DNA of 64,000 nucleotides from the NCBI GenBank assembly GCA_001804815.1, contig MHBI01000065.1:20553-84552 (forward strand), given 5' to 3'. The DNA is from Lentisphaerae bacterium GWF2_50_93 (GTDB lineage: Bacteria; Verrucomicrobiota; Lentisphaeria; Victivallales; GWF2-50-93). The translations under genes were made by a program, and so were the position numbers. The notes below the pieces were generated by a model, which ran no database searches, was not told the origin of the DNA, and was given only the letters and a program-made list of their open reading frames with translations. Shown piece after piece: positions 9,359 to 20,232 of the stretch (position 1 is the stretch's first letter; the number at the start of each line of letters is the position of its first letter).

Positions 9359-10765
9359 TTATTTCCGGCTTCTTTTGTTTGCAGCCATCAAGCCCCGGAC
9401 AGATAAGGCGATAGCAATATAGACGACGAGTAAAAACATGAAAAAAGAGCAGTTGTTTACTGCGGACGTGATGTTGTATGAGAGGAATTCATGGCGTGCC
9501 TGGAAAAATGACCTCAAGTGCCTGAGCTGGAACTGGAATGAATAAAGAAGCGCTATGAAGAATATGAGGATGAACAGGACATAGGCATGCTTCCTGTTGA
9601 AACGCGCCGAAAGTTCCTCGATGGAAGAGAAAACTTCTGCGACCAGAGGTGAAAGAAGTGGTACTGCAAAAAGCATGTGCCTGTAGTTGAGATCAAGGCC
9701 TCCAGTGCATAGCGTGTATGAGAATATGCTCACGGAGGCAATGAGAAAACCCGAAAGGAAAAGAATATGCTCGGGACCAGGCGTTTTCTTCAAGGCATGA
9801 TAAGTGAATGGCAGAAGGAAGATGATGACAAGGAAGATCGAGCCGCCGAAAAGAGTGACATATTTTGGCGAATAGAACAGAAGGGTTCTGGCATTGGTGA
9901 GGAAATCCGTGCCGAAGAAGATTGCGCCGGCATCGTGGTAGAAGACATATGTGCTGTGATGAAATTGCGCAAGCGAGAACGGGCTGCCAAAATTCATGTA
10001 GTTATAGGACATCAGGAGGGTGGCAGGAATCATCCCTGAAACCAGGAAGGCCGTAAAATGCCTGATGTTCAGGAAATTCCTGCGGCATTTATAGATGTAG
10101 AATATAAACAGGGGCAGGAAAAGGAAAATGGTCATGTATTCGCTGATCACTGCGTACGCCAGAAGGAAGGTTGAAGTGCAGAGGATATATATTTTTTTGT
10201 CCCTGGCATAGGATATGGCCAGAAGAAAAGACAAGGTCACAAGAAGAGAGGTGAAGATGTGGGAATACAGCAAAGTGCCATATCTGAGGAAAATTGTACC
10301 GGTGCAGAAGCCTGCTGCAACAAGAATAGATACATGGAGTTTGTAAGACAATTGCCTTAAAAGAAAAAATATGACGAGGAAGAGGGCTGTGCAGCAAAAG
10401 GCTGGAGCAAGCTGAAGCAGGCAGATGCGCTGGTCCTCCGAGTAGTCTGTCTTTAAAAAAGCGAAATCATCGAAGTTGATCATCTGCATGGAGTTTTTGA
10501 CGGGGGATAGTGCATGATTGAACAGATAGAGGAAGAATGCAAATCCCGGTGCGCGATCAGAATAATACTTTCCCGAGGAGATGGCGGAATCATGTCTTGC
10601 GAACCTGACGTTGTCTTCAAGTTCGAAGCTACCGCGTTCGACCATTGAATTGACGAGCGCAAAATGGCTGCCGTCATTCGTGCATGTGAGCCCTGAATTC
10701 AGGCTGTAGAAGAAAATCATGAGGAGATATACTGTAATCAGGCAATAGAAAAGATTCCTGTTCAT
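9359..10765 (-). CDS. Polytopic membrane protein, GT-C (ArnT/PMT-like) glycosyltransferase candidate
   Basis: About 11-12 hydrophobic segments; first loop NDGSHF..YYSDRAPG; YNYMNFGSPF; late RH motif. Confidence 0.6.
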   Translation of the reverse strand: MNRNLFYCLITVYLLMIFFYSLNSGLTCTNDGSHFALVNSMVERGSFELEDNVRFARHDSAISSGKYYSDRAPGFAFFLYLFNHALSPVKNSMQMINFDDFAFLKTDYSEDQRICLLQLAPAFCCTALFLVIFFLLRQLSYKLHVSILVAAGFCTGTIFLRYGTLLYSHIFTSLLVTLSFLLAISYARDKKIYILCTSTFLLAYAVISEYMTIFLFLPLFIFYIYKCRRNFLNIRHFTAFLVSGMIPATLLMSYNYMNFGSPFSLAQFHHSTYVFYHDAGAIFFGTDFLTNARTLLFYSPKYVTLFGGSIFLVIIFLLPFTYHALKKTPGPEHILFLSGFLIASVSIFSYTLCTGGLDLNYRHMLFAVPLLSPLVAEVFSSIEELSARFNRKHAYVLFILIFFIALLYSFQFQLRHLRSFFQARHEFLSYNITSAVNNCSFFMFLLVVYIAIALSVRGLMAANKRSRK

Positions 10766-10875
10766 TGATAGTCTTCCTTATGGAGCTATTAAGACTCCGT
10801 TATCCGTGGAAGAACCGAAGCCGGAAAATCTATTTCCATTGCCTTGTTCCGGCCAAGTGAAAAAGAGAATTCCTG

Positions 10876-11295
10876 TTATTTGTCGGCAGGAGGAAGTGCA
10901 GGCACAGTCTTTTTTTCAGGAACAGCCAGGGTTTCAGGTTTCTTTGCTGGTTCAGGAGTTTTTTCGGCAAGAGGCGCCTTTTCAGCCTTTGCAGGAGCAG
11001 TCGCGACGGCTTTTGCATCCTTGGCGGTTTCGAGTTCCTCGACGATGCTTTTCGGGGCTTTCCTGTGGCCTGTCATTATTGCAAGAGCGAGCGTGATTGC
11101 GAGGAAAAGAGAAGCGAAGACAACTGTCATTTTCGCAAGATGGCTGCCTGTCTGGGCCCCGAACACAGATTCGCCGAGTCCGCCAAATGCGCTTCCGAAT
11201 CCACTGTCCTTCGACTGCTGTACGAGAATGAGACAAATAAGAAGAAGCGCAATCAAGACGTCTGCTACTGTGAGAACTGCAATTAAAATATCCAT
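10876..11295 (-). CDS. secG: Preprotein translocase subunit SecG
   Basis: LILVQQSKDSGFGSAFGG..SVFG motif with two TMs, downstream of tpiA; start moved to the ATG at 11295 after a GAGGT RBS. Confidence 0.93.
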   Translation of the reverse strand: MDILIAVLTVADVLIALLLICLILVQQSKDSGFGSAFGGLGESVFGAQTGSHLAKMTVVFASLFLAITLALAIMTGHRKAPKSIVEELETAKDAKAVATAPAKAEKAPLAEKTPEPAKKPETLAVPEKKTVPALPPADK

Positions 11296-11381
11296 GGGGA
11301 CCTCTGATTTATTAGGCACATAGGCGCATAGGCTCTAAGGCACTGAGTTTTATGTTTCCGATTTTCTATCTTATCTGGATT

Positions 11382-12149
11382 TCAGCCGATTGAATTCTTT
11401 ATTAATGAGGCAAATCCCTCTGCATCAAGACTTGCGCCGCCTACCAATGCCCCGTCAATATCAGGTTTCGCCATAAGTTCCTTGGCATTGTCTGCCTTGA
11501 CCGAACCGCCGTACTGGACAATTACCTTGTCCGCGGTAGCCTGTCCAAATGTGTCTGTCAGGAGTTTCCTTATGAGGGCATGTACTTCCTGCGCCTGGTC
11601 GGGTGAAGCGGTCTTGCCGGTGCCGATCGCCCATACGGGCTCATAGGCGATGGTAGTCTTGAGCATGTCGTCAGCTGTCAGACCTGCAAGGCTTCCCTTG
11701 AACTGGGTTGTGATGACATTGGCCATCTTGCCGGCTTCGCGTTCCTGGAGGGTCTCACCTATGCAGACAATCGGGAGAAGGCCCGCGCCGAGCGCGAATT
11801 TCGCCTTCTTGCTGACAAGCTCATTGGTTTCGCCGTAATACTGGCGGCGTTCGCTGTGTCCGATAATGACGTATTTTACTCCGAGGTCAAGAAGCATTGC
11901 CGCAGATATTTCGCCGGTGTACGCGCCTGAAGCCTTGTCTGAGAGGTTCTGTGCTCCGAGTGATACTCCGGATCCCTTCAGAAGAGGAGATATCCTGTCA
12001 AGGGTTGTGAACGGAGGGCACACAGCCATGGTAATCTTGTCGGAAAGGCCTTCGACCTTCTTTACTAAAGCGGATACAAGCTGTACAGCCTCGGTGGCCG
12101 TCTTGTTCATCTTCCAGTTTCCTGCAATGAAAAGCTTTCTCTTTTTCAT
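11382..12149 (-). CDS. tpiA: Triosephosphate isomerase
   Basis: AGNWKMN, GHSERR, AYEPVWAIGTG, YGGSV, LVGGASL. Confidence 0.98.
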   Translation of the reverse strand: MKKRKLFIAGNWKMNKTATEAVQLVSALVKKVEGLSDKITMAVCPPFTTLDRISPLLKGSGVSLGAQNLSDKASGAYTGEISAAMLLDLGVKYVIIGHSERRQYYGETNELVSKKAKFALGAGLLPIVCIGETLQEREAGKMANVITTQFKGSLAGLTADDMLKTTIAYEPVWAIGTGKTASPDQAQEVHALIRKLLTDTFGQATADKVIVQYGGSVKADNAKELMAKPDIDGALVGGASLDAEGFASLIKNSIG

Positions 12150-12343
12150 GATAAATTTTCCTCGTAGACTCGTAAAATTTATAAGTTAATTATTCGTTGT
12201 TTCAAATAAAAATTTCGAAAAGCCAATCAATATAGGCCGTGTAGGCGAAATTTCGAGCGGAATTGAAAAAATAATCATTCCCACTCTAAAGCCGTGGACT
12301 CCAACTGAAGAAATCTCAACTCCCCCATTTTATAGTTGGGTAT

Positions 12344-12376
12344 AAAAAAAGGCTTCAGGCCGGAGCCTGAAGCCTT
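12344..12376 (-). terminator. Rho-independent terminator after pgk
   Basis: AAGGCTTCAGGC-4 nt loop-GCCTGAAGCCTT stem with a U-tract on the minus strand. Confidence 0.85.
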
Positions 12377-12404
12377 GTAATAATTTTTCACGGAAAAATT
12401 ATAA

Positions 12405-13628
12405 TTACATGTCGTTGAGAGCTACGACTCCAGGCAGCTGTTTGCCTTCGAGGAACTCAAGGGAAGCGCCTCCACCTGTGGAGATGTGCGACATCTTGCC
12501 TGCGAGACCGCTCTGGTTGACAGCTGAGACTGAGTCGCCACCGCCGATCACGCTTATTGCTCCCTTGTCGCTGGCATCGGCGACTGCTTTGCATATTGCC
12601 ATTGTGCCTTTTGCAAAGTTTGGCATTTCGAAACAGCCCATAGGTCCGTTCCAGACAATTGTCTTGGCCTTCATGATTTCTGCGGTGTAGGATGCAACTG
12701 TCTTCGGTCCGATATCGAGGGCCATCCAGCCTTCGGCAATATCATTTCCAACGGTTTTTATCTGTGCGGCATTGTCGAATTTGTCGGCTGAAAGGTTGTC
12801 AATCGGAAGCAGGAAAGTTACGTTTTTCTTTTTCGCTTCGGCAAGAATCTGTTTTGCAGTGTCGATTAGTTCGTCTTCGCATAGGGATTTTCCAATATTA
12901 TGTCCCTGCGCCTTGAGGAACGTATAGGCCATTCCGCCTCCGATGAGAATCGCATCGCATTTTGAAATAAGGGACGTCAGTACTTCAAGTTTTCCGGAGA
13001 TCTTTGCGCCGCCGATAATGGCGACGAACGGGCGTTTCGGGTTTTCAACGGTCTGTCCGAGATACTGGATTTCCTTCTCCATCAGGAATCCTGCAACTGA
13101 TATTGGAATGTACTTGCAGATCTTTGCCGTTGAGCCATGGGAGCGGTGCGCCGTGCCGAAAGCGTCGTTGACATATACATCACCGAGTTTCGCGAGCTCT
13201 TTTGCGAAATCCGCAGTCTTTGCCTTGTCCTCGTCGGTCTTCGCCTTCATGTCCTCTTCAATATGGAATCGGGTGTTCTCGCAGATCATGAGTTCGCCGG
13301 GCTTCAAGGCTTTTGCTGCGGCTACGGCTTTCTCTCCGATGCAGTCGTCTACGAACTGGACGGGTTTGCCAATGAGCTTGGAAAGGACGTCGACAGTCGG
13401 CTTGAGGCTGAATTCAGGCTTGACTTCGCCGTCGGGACGTCCGAGATGGCTGAGAAGGACCAGTGATGCTCCCTTGTCAAGAACATATTTGATCGTCGGA
13501 ACTGCAGCTCTGATTCTTGTGTCATCCTTTATCTTTCCTTCCTTAACAGGAACATTGAAGTCGACGCGCATCACTACCCGCTTGCCTTTAAGTTCGACGT
13601 CGCGCACGGTTTTCTTGTTGAGTCCCAT
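12405..13628 (-). CDS. pgk: Phosphoglycerate kinase
   Basis: RVDFNVP, SHLGRP, NDAFGTAHR, GGAKI, WNGPMG, HISTGGGASLE; AGGAGG RBS before the ATG at 13628. Confidence 0.98.
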   Translation of the reverse strand: MGLNKKTVRDVELKGKRVVMRVDFNVPVKEGKIKDDTRIRAAVPTIKYVLDKGASLVLLSHLGRPDGEVKPEFSLKPTVDVLSKLIGKPVQFVDDCIGEKAVAAAKALKPGELMICENTRFHIEEDMKAKTDEDKAKTADFAKELAKLGDVYVNDAFGTAHRSHGSTAKICKYIPISVAGFLMEKEIQYLGQTVENPKRPFVAIIGGAKISGKLEVLTSLISKCDAILIGGGMAYTFLKAQGHNIGKSLCEDELIDTAKQILAEAKKKNVTFLLPIDNLSADKFDNAAQIKTVGNDIAEGWMALDIGPKTVASYTAEIMKAKTIVWNGPMGCFEMPNFAKGTMAICKAVADASDKGAISVIGGGDSVSAVNQSGLAGKMSHISTGGGASLEFLEGKQLPGVVALNDM

Positions 13629-13801
13629 CACAAACCTCCTTCGTTATGAAAATATCCAGTTTAATATTTTTTTGCTCCCTTTAATATTGTTACTTGCGAA
13701 AATTTTTCAAATTAACCTTTAAAAAGGTTCCCTTAATTGTTTTTTGTGAACTCAGGAGTATTTTCTAGCTTTTCATAACAGACAGGAGATATTTCAGGCA
13801 A

Positions 13802-14434
13802 ATGTTCAAGGATTCACTATATTTCATTAAAAAGAAGAGAATACTTCTTTCTCGATTCCTAGTCGTCCTTATTACGGCTATTTTTATTTTTACCGATCAT
13901 TCGTGGAAGGATGAATTCTATCATTTCATAATCTTCCAGTCCATCGGCGGGTTCCTTGTAGCTTTCTGCATACTTGGACGCTTGTGGTCGGCCTTGTACA
14001 TCGCAGGCAACAAGACGAAGAACCTCATCTCCGAGGGCCCTTATTCAATGGTACGGAACCCACTCTATTTTTTCAGCTTCTTTGGTGCAGTCGGACTTGG
14101 CCTGACCACTGAGAATCTCCTGATACTTTTCCTGATCGTGGTCCTTTTCATCATTTATTACCCGTTCGTCATCATTGGAGAGGAGAAGAGGCTTATCGAG
14201 GTCCATGGCGAAGAGTTCCTGGACTACATGAAGCATGTCCCGAGATTCATTCCGAATCCTTTCAAGCTCAAGGAGCCTGAATTCTACAACGTCAATGTGA
14301 AGAAGTACAAGATTGCCTTTGTCGATGCCATGGGTTTCTTCTCGATATACATCTGCGTCCAGATCGTGAACATCCTGCACGCCGCAAAAGTGATTCCAGC
14401 ATACTTCTCTATCCCCAAATGCTTCTTCTCATAA
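13802..14434 (+). CDS. Isoprenylcysteine carboxylmethyltransferase/PEMT family membrane protein
   Basis: GPYSMVRNPLY, EEKRL, YMKHVPRFIP motifs. Confidence 0.88.
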   Translation: MFKDSLYFIKKKRILLSRFLVVLITAIFIFTDHSWKDEFYHFIIFQSIGGFLVAFCILGRLWSALYIAGNKTKNLISEGPYSMVRNPLYFFSFFGAVGLGLTTENLLILFLIVVLFIIYYPFVIIGEEKRLIEVHGEEFLDYMKHVPRFIPNPFKLKEPEFYNVNVKKYKIAFVDAMGFFSIYICVQIVNILHAAKVIPAYFSIPKCFFS

Positions 14435-14497
14435 GTAGCTCGGGCATTTCTCCCCAAGTTTCCATTTTCATGAGTCAATTGCTGAATTGGCAATTAA

Positions 14498-14587
14498 AGT
14501 AGGGACGGCCTTTAGGCTGTCCCATGTATTTGGATTTCTATGTTCATAAAGCCCAAGAATGGTACATCCTGAAGGACGTACCTACTT
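14498..14587. repeat. REPIN-like doublet, GTAG family A
   Basis: GTAGGGACGGCCTTTAGGCTGTCCCAT ... ATGGTACATCCTGAAGGACGTACCTAC in inverted orientation; related copies at 16973, 24374, 39228 and 52455. Confidence 0.8.
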
Positions 14588-14594
14588 TCAAGAC

Positions 14595-14625
14595 AAAAAA
14601 ACGGCAGGAATTTCTTCCTGCCGTT
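14595..14625 (-). terminator. Rho-independent terminator after gap
   Basis: AACGGCAGGAA-loop-TTCCTGCCGTT stem plus a U-tract on the minus strand. Confidence 0.85.
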
Positions 14626-14648
14626 CAATTTTTATCTCGCCTGGATTA

Positions 14649-15725
<1,077 letters not shown>

Positions 15726-15926
15726 TTAAGCTATTGGTTCTGATGAAATAAAATCCGTCCTTAAAGTGAGACGGACAGAACCGTAATTATATACGCAGGC
15801 AGTTGTTTTTCAAAGGTTTCTTATAAAATTTTCAGGATGAAATTTTTATAGTCGGCCCCGGGTATTGAAATTAAGGAAGATTTTTGATATTATTGTTGGA
15901 GTCAATAACTGGAAGGAGGCCTTGAA

Positions 15927-16967
15927 ATGAGCTTTTTGAAACCTGCCATTGGAATAATAATTGCCGTTTTACTGTTTTGTCCGGTTTATGCCCAGCAGAA
16001 GAAAAATCCCCAGGTACAGCCAGCGGCGCCAGTCGAACCTAAGAAACCGGTCTACACGGGAAAGGACATCCCCCAGGGGCCTCTTGAAAACCTGATGGTG
16101 AAGGTTGGAGCAGGAGGCGTAACAAAAGGCGACTATGACTTTTTCATGCTGAAGACTGCGAACAAGGCCGGAAAGACAGTAAGCGCGCTTTCAGGCGATG
16201 AAAAGAAACAGGCGCTGTTCAGCGCAATAGACGAAGAGCTTCTTTTCCAGGCGGCTCTTGCTGAAGGAGTCCTCAAGGATGAATATACGTGCTGGATGAT
16301 ACTCGGGACTTACAAGTCGAACAATACGACCGCAAAAATCGATCCCAGGACTTTCAGCGACGATGAGCTGGAAAAATTCTACAAGGCAAATCCCGGAAAA
16401 TTCACAAGGCCCGCCTCTGTGAACGCGAAAGGGCTCAAGTTCATGACCGAATCCGTCCAGGAGGTGCAGAAAGTGCTGAAGCAGGTTACTACGAATCCCG
16501 ACAGCGCTAAAAACTGGATCGTTCTGGGATGGATAGAGGAGGGCAGGATGGCGGCCGGTCTTCCCCAGCAAATAACTGATCCCATCACAAAACTCAAGAA
16601 AGGACAGCTTTCGGGAATTGTGAATGACAAGATTTCAGGCTGGAAATTCATATTCCTGGCAACTGACAGGAAAGAACCTGAACTTATCCCGTTTGCCGAG
16701 GCGAAGGGTAAGGTGAAATTCGAGCTCATAGGAGCGAAGCAGGAGGAGATGAAGAAGAAGCTTGCTGCAGACCAAGGCAAGGGGCAGAAAGGCCTTTCCG
16801 AAGACGAGATACTGCTCAATTCCGCAATACAGGCCGGCGCGCAGCGTGAACTCCAGGTCAGAAGATACATTGTCGAGTGGTATCTTTCGAAGAAGGCTGC
16901 AAAACGTGAGCAGGCGCTTCCGGATCTGAAGAAGAAATACAAGATTGAAATCCTGAAGAGCGAGTGA
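15927..16967 (+). CDS. Exported SurA/PrsA-like foldase (degenerate PpiC domain)
   Basis: Signal peptide (VYA-Q); EELLFQAA, 'SDDELEKFY..NP.KF..P', LGWI, LKKGQLSG, 'PFAEAK' patterns. Confidence 0.7.
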   Translation: MSFLKPAIGIIIAVLLFCPVYAQQKKNPQVQPAAPVEPKKPVYTGKDIPQGPLENLMVKVGAGGVTKGDYDFFMLKTANKAGKTVSALSGDEKKQALFSAIDEELLFQAALAEGVLKDEYTCWMILGTYKSNNTTAKIDPRTFSDDELEKFYKANPGKFTRPASVNAKGLKFMTESVQEVQKVLKQVTTNPDSAKNWIVLGWIEEGRMAAGLPQQITDPITKLKKGQLSGIVNDKISGWKFIFLATDRKEPELIPFAEAKGKVKFELIGAKQEEMKKKLAADQGKGQKGLSEDEILLNSAIQAGAQRELQVRRYIVEWYLSKKAAKREQALPDLKKKYKIEILKSE

Positions 16968-16972
16968 ATTTG

Positions 16973-16999
16973 GTAGGTGCGCCCTTTAGGGTGTACCAT
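16973..16999 (+). repeat. REP, GTAG family A
   Basis: GTAGGTGCGCCCTTTAGGGTGTACCAT. Confidence 0.7.
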
Positions 17000-17040
17000 G
17001 AATTTTAATAGAGAAATACTGCTTGGATATTCTGATTCGA

Positions 17041-17068
17041 CCTACGGCTGACGACCGGCAGTCGTAGG
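17041..17068. terminator. Hairpin immediately after the P-type ATPase stop codon
   Basis: CCTACGGCTG-loop-CAGTCGTAGG between convergent genes; weak U-tract. Confidence 0.45.
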
Positions 17069-19051
17069 TTATTTCTCTTCTACTTCCTGATGCGTTTCAT
17101 ACATGGTGAGCTCTTCACCGGTCCTGACGAGTCTTGCGCTGTTGAAGAGGACTATTGTCGTGCTGACCGTATGCAGGGCTGCCGCTATGATGGGAGGCAG
17201 CATTCCGAATACCGACAGGCTTATTCCGCCGACAATGAAGACAAATCCTATTAGGAGGTTCTGTTTTATGATTTTCCCCGACTGCCGGGAGAGGACTATC
17301 AGGAGAGGAATACGACGCAGGTCGTTTGTCATCAGTGCGATTGACGCGCTGTTGATCGCGATGTCGCTGCCGATCGCGCCCATGGCTATACCAAGATCGC
17401 CTGCGGCGAGGGCGGGGGCGTCGTTTATTCCGTCGCCGACAACCGCGACAGTATAGTTATGCTTGATTTCCTTGACGTATGCGACCTTGTCGTCAGGCAG
17501 GCATTCCGACCTGACGCTTTCTATGCCAAGTTCCTTGGAAACCAAGTCTGCAACCTCTTTCCTGTCGCCGGTGACCATGGCACAGTGCTTGATACCGTCT
17601 TCCTTAAGCGACTTGATGGCGTCTGCGGCTTCTTTCCTGACAGTATCCCGGAATCCTATCCAGCCGAGGGCCTTGCCCTGTGAAGCGACATATACTACGC
17701 TCATGGCGCTTCCTCCATCGGCATCCGGAGTTTCAAGGGAGGAAATGTTGATACTATGTGACTTGAGCCATTCAGCTCTTCCAATCATGGATTTCTTGCC
17801 GTCAAGCAAGCCTTCTACTCCTTTGCCATGTACTTCGCTGAATTTATCAACTTCAGTTATTTTAAGCTTGGCTTCCTTTGCAAGATTCTGGAGGGCTATC
17901 GCCGTAGGATGGTTGCTGTGGCTCTCGATGGACGCTGCGATCTGGAGGAGATCCGCAGGTTGGATGCCTTCAGCAGGAGCAAGTCTCACGACGGAAAGCG
18001 TGCCTTCGGTAAGAGTACCTGTCTTGTCGAAAATAACGGCCCTGACCTTCGCCGCAAGCTCAAGATATGAGACATTCTTAATGAGAATTCCGAGCCTGGC
18101 GGCAGCCGCAAGCGCTGCAACAACAGCTGAAGGCGCGGCGAGAACGAGGGCGCATGGACATGAGGCCACAAGGACGGAAATCACATTCGTCATATTGCCG
18201 CCTGAGAACCACCATGTTAGACCTGCAATCATCAGGATCGTGGGAGTATAATATCCGGCATATTGATCGATGACCCTGACTATTGGAGGCTTGGTGGTTT
18301 CCGCTGCAAGGATCATATCCTTGACCTTGCCAAGAGTGGTATCCTTGCCGACTTTTGTAACATTGATATCAATGACACCTGTCAGATTCTGGGTACCGGC
18401 GAAGACATCATTGCCTTCCTCTTTATCTATAGGGAATGATTCACCGGTGATTGAAGCCTGGTTGACCGTGCTTGAGCCTTTGACGATGGATCCGTCAACA
18501 GGGAAGTTTTCTCCGGGGCGAATCCTGATGATGTCTCCGATGGTAAGCGAGAGGACGTCAACGTCCGATTCCTGCCCATCGCTTATCTTTCTGGCGGAGC
18601 GAGGTGTCAGTTTGATGAGTTCCTCGATGGATCTCTGGGCACCGTGGGCAGTCCTGGATTCAATGATGATCGCGATCAGCAGGAAGAAGCAGATTATTCC
18701 TGCGGTCCTGAAATCTCCGCCTGCGAGGGCCGCAAGTACTGCAAGGGCCACCAGCTCGTTCATGTAGACCTTGCCTTTTGCAAGATCCTTGAATGCGACT
18801 ATGAAGATAGGAAGGGCGAGTATCACCGCGCCGAATATGGCGCTGAGTTCCGATGTGAAGGCCTGATCGGGCTGCATCCAGCGCAGGATATAGGAATTCA
18901 ATACGAAAAAACCCCCGACGAGGGCAATGCTGAGTCTCCCGAGGCTGCGGCTGTGTCCTGCACCTCCGGCCTCATGATCATGCTCGTGATCGCAGCCGCA
19001 GATTTCGCTGTGGGCGTCAAATACCTTTTTTTCAGCTGTCAGTTCAGCCAT
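17069..19051 (-). CDS. Heavy-metal translocating P1B-type ATPase
   Basis: ITGES, SCPCAL, FDKTGTLT, HP, TGD, GDGINDAPALA; short His/Cys-rich N-terminus. Confidence 0.95.
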   Translation of the reverse strand: MAELTAEKKVFDAHSEICGCDHEHDHEAGGAGHSRSLGRLSIALVGGFFVLNSYILRWMQPDQAFTSELSAIFGAVILALPIFIVAFKDLAKGKVYMNELVALAVLAALAGGDFRTAGIICFFLLIAIIIESRTAHGAQRSIEELIKLTPRSARKISDGQESDVDVLSLTIGDIIRIRPGENFPVDGSIVKGSSTVNQASITGESFPIDKEEGNDVFAGTQNLTGVIDINVTKVGKDTTLGKVKDMILAAETTKPPIVRVIDQYAGYYTPTILMIAGLTWWFSGGNMTNVISVLVASCPCALVLAAPSAVVAALAAAARLGILIKNVSYLELAAKVRAVIFDKTGTLTEGTLSVVRLAPAEGIQPADLLQIAASIESHSNHPTAIALQNLAKEAKLKITEVDKFSEVHGKGVEGLLDGKKSMIGRAEWLKSHSINISSLETPDADGGSAMSVVYVASQGKALGWIGFRDTVRKEAADAIKSLKEDGIKHCAMVTGDRKEVADLVSKELGIESVRSECLPDDKVAYVKEIKHNYTVAVVGDGINDAPALAAGDLGIAMGAIGSDIAINSASIALMTNDLRRIPLLIVLSRQSGKIIKQNLLIGFVFIVGGISLSVFGMLPPIIAAALHTVSTTIVLFNSARLVRTGEELTMYETHQEVEEK

Positions 19052-19054
19052 ACG

Positions 19055-20212
19055 TCATTTATCCTTCTCTTTATCCTTGTCGTCCTTCTTCTGGTATCTC
19101 GGCTCGGGATTGAGCATGATCCTCACCTCGTGCGACCCGTTGCTGTCTTCCGGAATGATATATTTCTCCTTCACATTCTCAAGCATGCCTGAAATCGTGT
19201 CGGTATAGAGCGCTATGAGGGTGGAACGGGGGCTCTTCTTATATTCCTCGAGGATCTTCTTGAAATAGATCTGTTCGGCTTCGATGTCGGTGACTATCTG
19301 TATCTTGTAGACTTCTGCATCGGCGATAATCCTCGAAGCATCGGAAACGGTTTCCCCTTCAATGGTCACGGCATAGGCCTTTGCATTCTCCTTTTCCGTT
19401 GCGCACTGCAGTTCGGCATCAATGACCTCCTGAAAGGCGGCGACAGTGTTCAGAGGGGCGGTAATGCTCTTGGGAATGAGATTCTCCACTTTTAAGCCAA
19501 TATCCCAGTCAGTTATATCCTTCTCGAAAAGTCTTCTGACTTCCGCAGTGTAATCGGTGGAATGTTTGTAGAGGGCTGCGTCGACCTGCTGGGTGGCTGT
19601 CGCCTTTATAACTGCATTTTCAAGAAGTGCCTGGATAAGAGTTCTCGGACCTCTTGTGCCGATGATTTTATGGTTGACGGGATTGACGAGCATCTCATCC
19701 ATCCTGAGCGGTTCGGAAGGGCAGAGGCATTTCAGGTAATATTTCATTGGATCGATGACTGAATATACAAGTTCCCATTCCGTATGGATAATGTTGGCAT
19801 CACCGGTAATAAGATATCCGTCCTTTCCAGCTGAAAGAGTCGGCCCTGCCTGCTGCTGCTGCTCTCCCTTGATGGCCTTCACATCGGCCTTATGCCAAAA
19901 GGAAGTTAGAGTCAGGGTCTGCTTGCTGATCGGTATTCTTATGATTTTGCTGACAGGATATGGGAACGACCAGTAGTATCCGGCATCATGTTTTTCCACG
20001 ACTTTGCCGAATCGTTCAACAATTACGTTCTCCTGCGGTTTGACCTCATAGTAGCCCCCGAACGTGAAATACCAGATTATAAGGAAAGCTATCAGGCAGG
20101 AAAGAAGGATGAACGCGATGTGGAGGCTTCTTGTAAGCGCATCGATACCGGCCTTGTAGTGCCCGTTGCCCTCGGCACCATTCACTTCAGGTTTATTTTT
20201 GTGTTCGGACAT
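19055..20212 (-). CDS. SPFH-domain HflK-like protein
   Basis: Single TM, VERFGK..G.YWSFPYP, YLITGDANII, AAFQEV, coiled-coil 'AEVYK..V..IEAE'. Confidence 0.88.
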   Translation of the reverse strand: MSEHKNKPEVNGAEGNGHYKAGIDALTRSLHIAFILLSCLIAFLIIWYFTFGGYYEVKPQENVIVERFGKVVEKHDAGYYWSFPYPVSKIIRIPISKQTLTLTSFWHKADVKAIKGEQQQQAGPTLSAGKDGYLITGDANIIHTEWELVYSVIDPMKYYLKCLCPSEPLRMDEMLVNPVNHKIIGTRGPRTLIQALLENAVIKATATQQVDAALYKHSTDYTAEVRRLFEKDITDWDIGLKVENLIPKSITAPLNTVAAFQEVIDAELQCATEKENAKAYAVTIEGETVSDASRIIADAEVYKIQIVTDIEAEQIYFKKILEEYKKSPRSTLIALYTDTISGMLENVKEKYIIPEDSNGSHEVRIMLNPEPRYQKKDDKDKEKDK

Positions 20213-20232
20213 CTTGTTTCACCTTGAAAACA

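Noticed and set aside
10766-10875. tRNA-Leu often found after secG
   Set aside because: No cloverleaf or T-loop GTTCGA signature is visible.
11313-11347. Short AGGCxCxT-like tandem units upstream of secG
   Set aside because: Only four degenerate ~9-mers; too weak to call, and they account for a spurious N-terminal ORF extension.
12943-13722. Long antisense ORFs (also 552..1319, 14878..15570, 17463..18251, 39816..40688, 52647..53633)
   Set aside because: Shadows of well-supported genes on the opposite strand, with no recognisable motifs.
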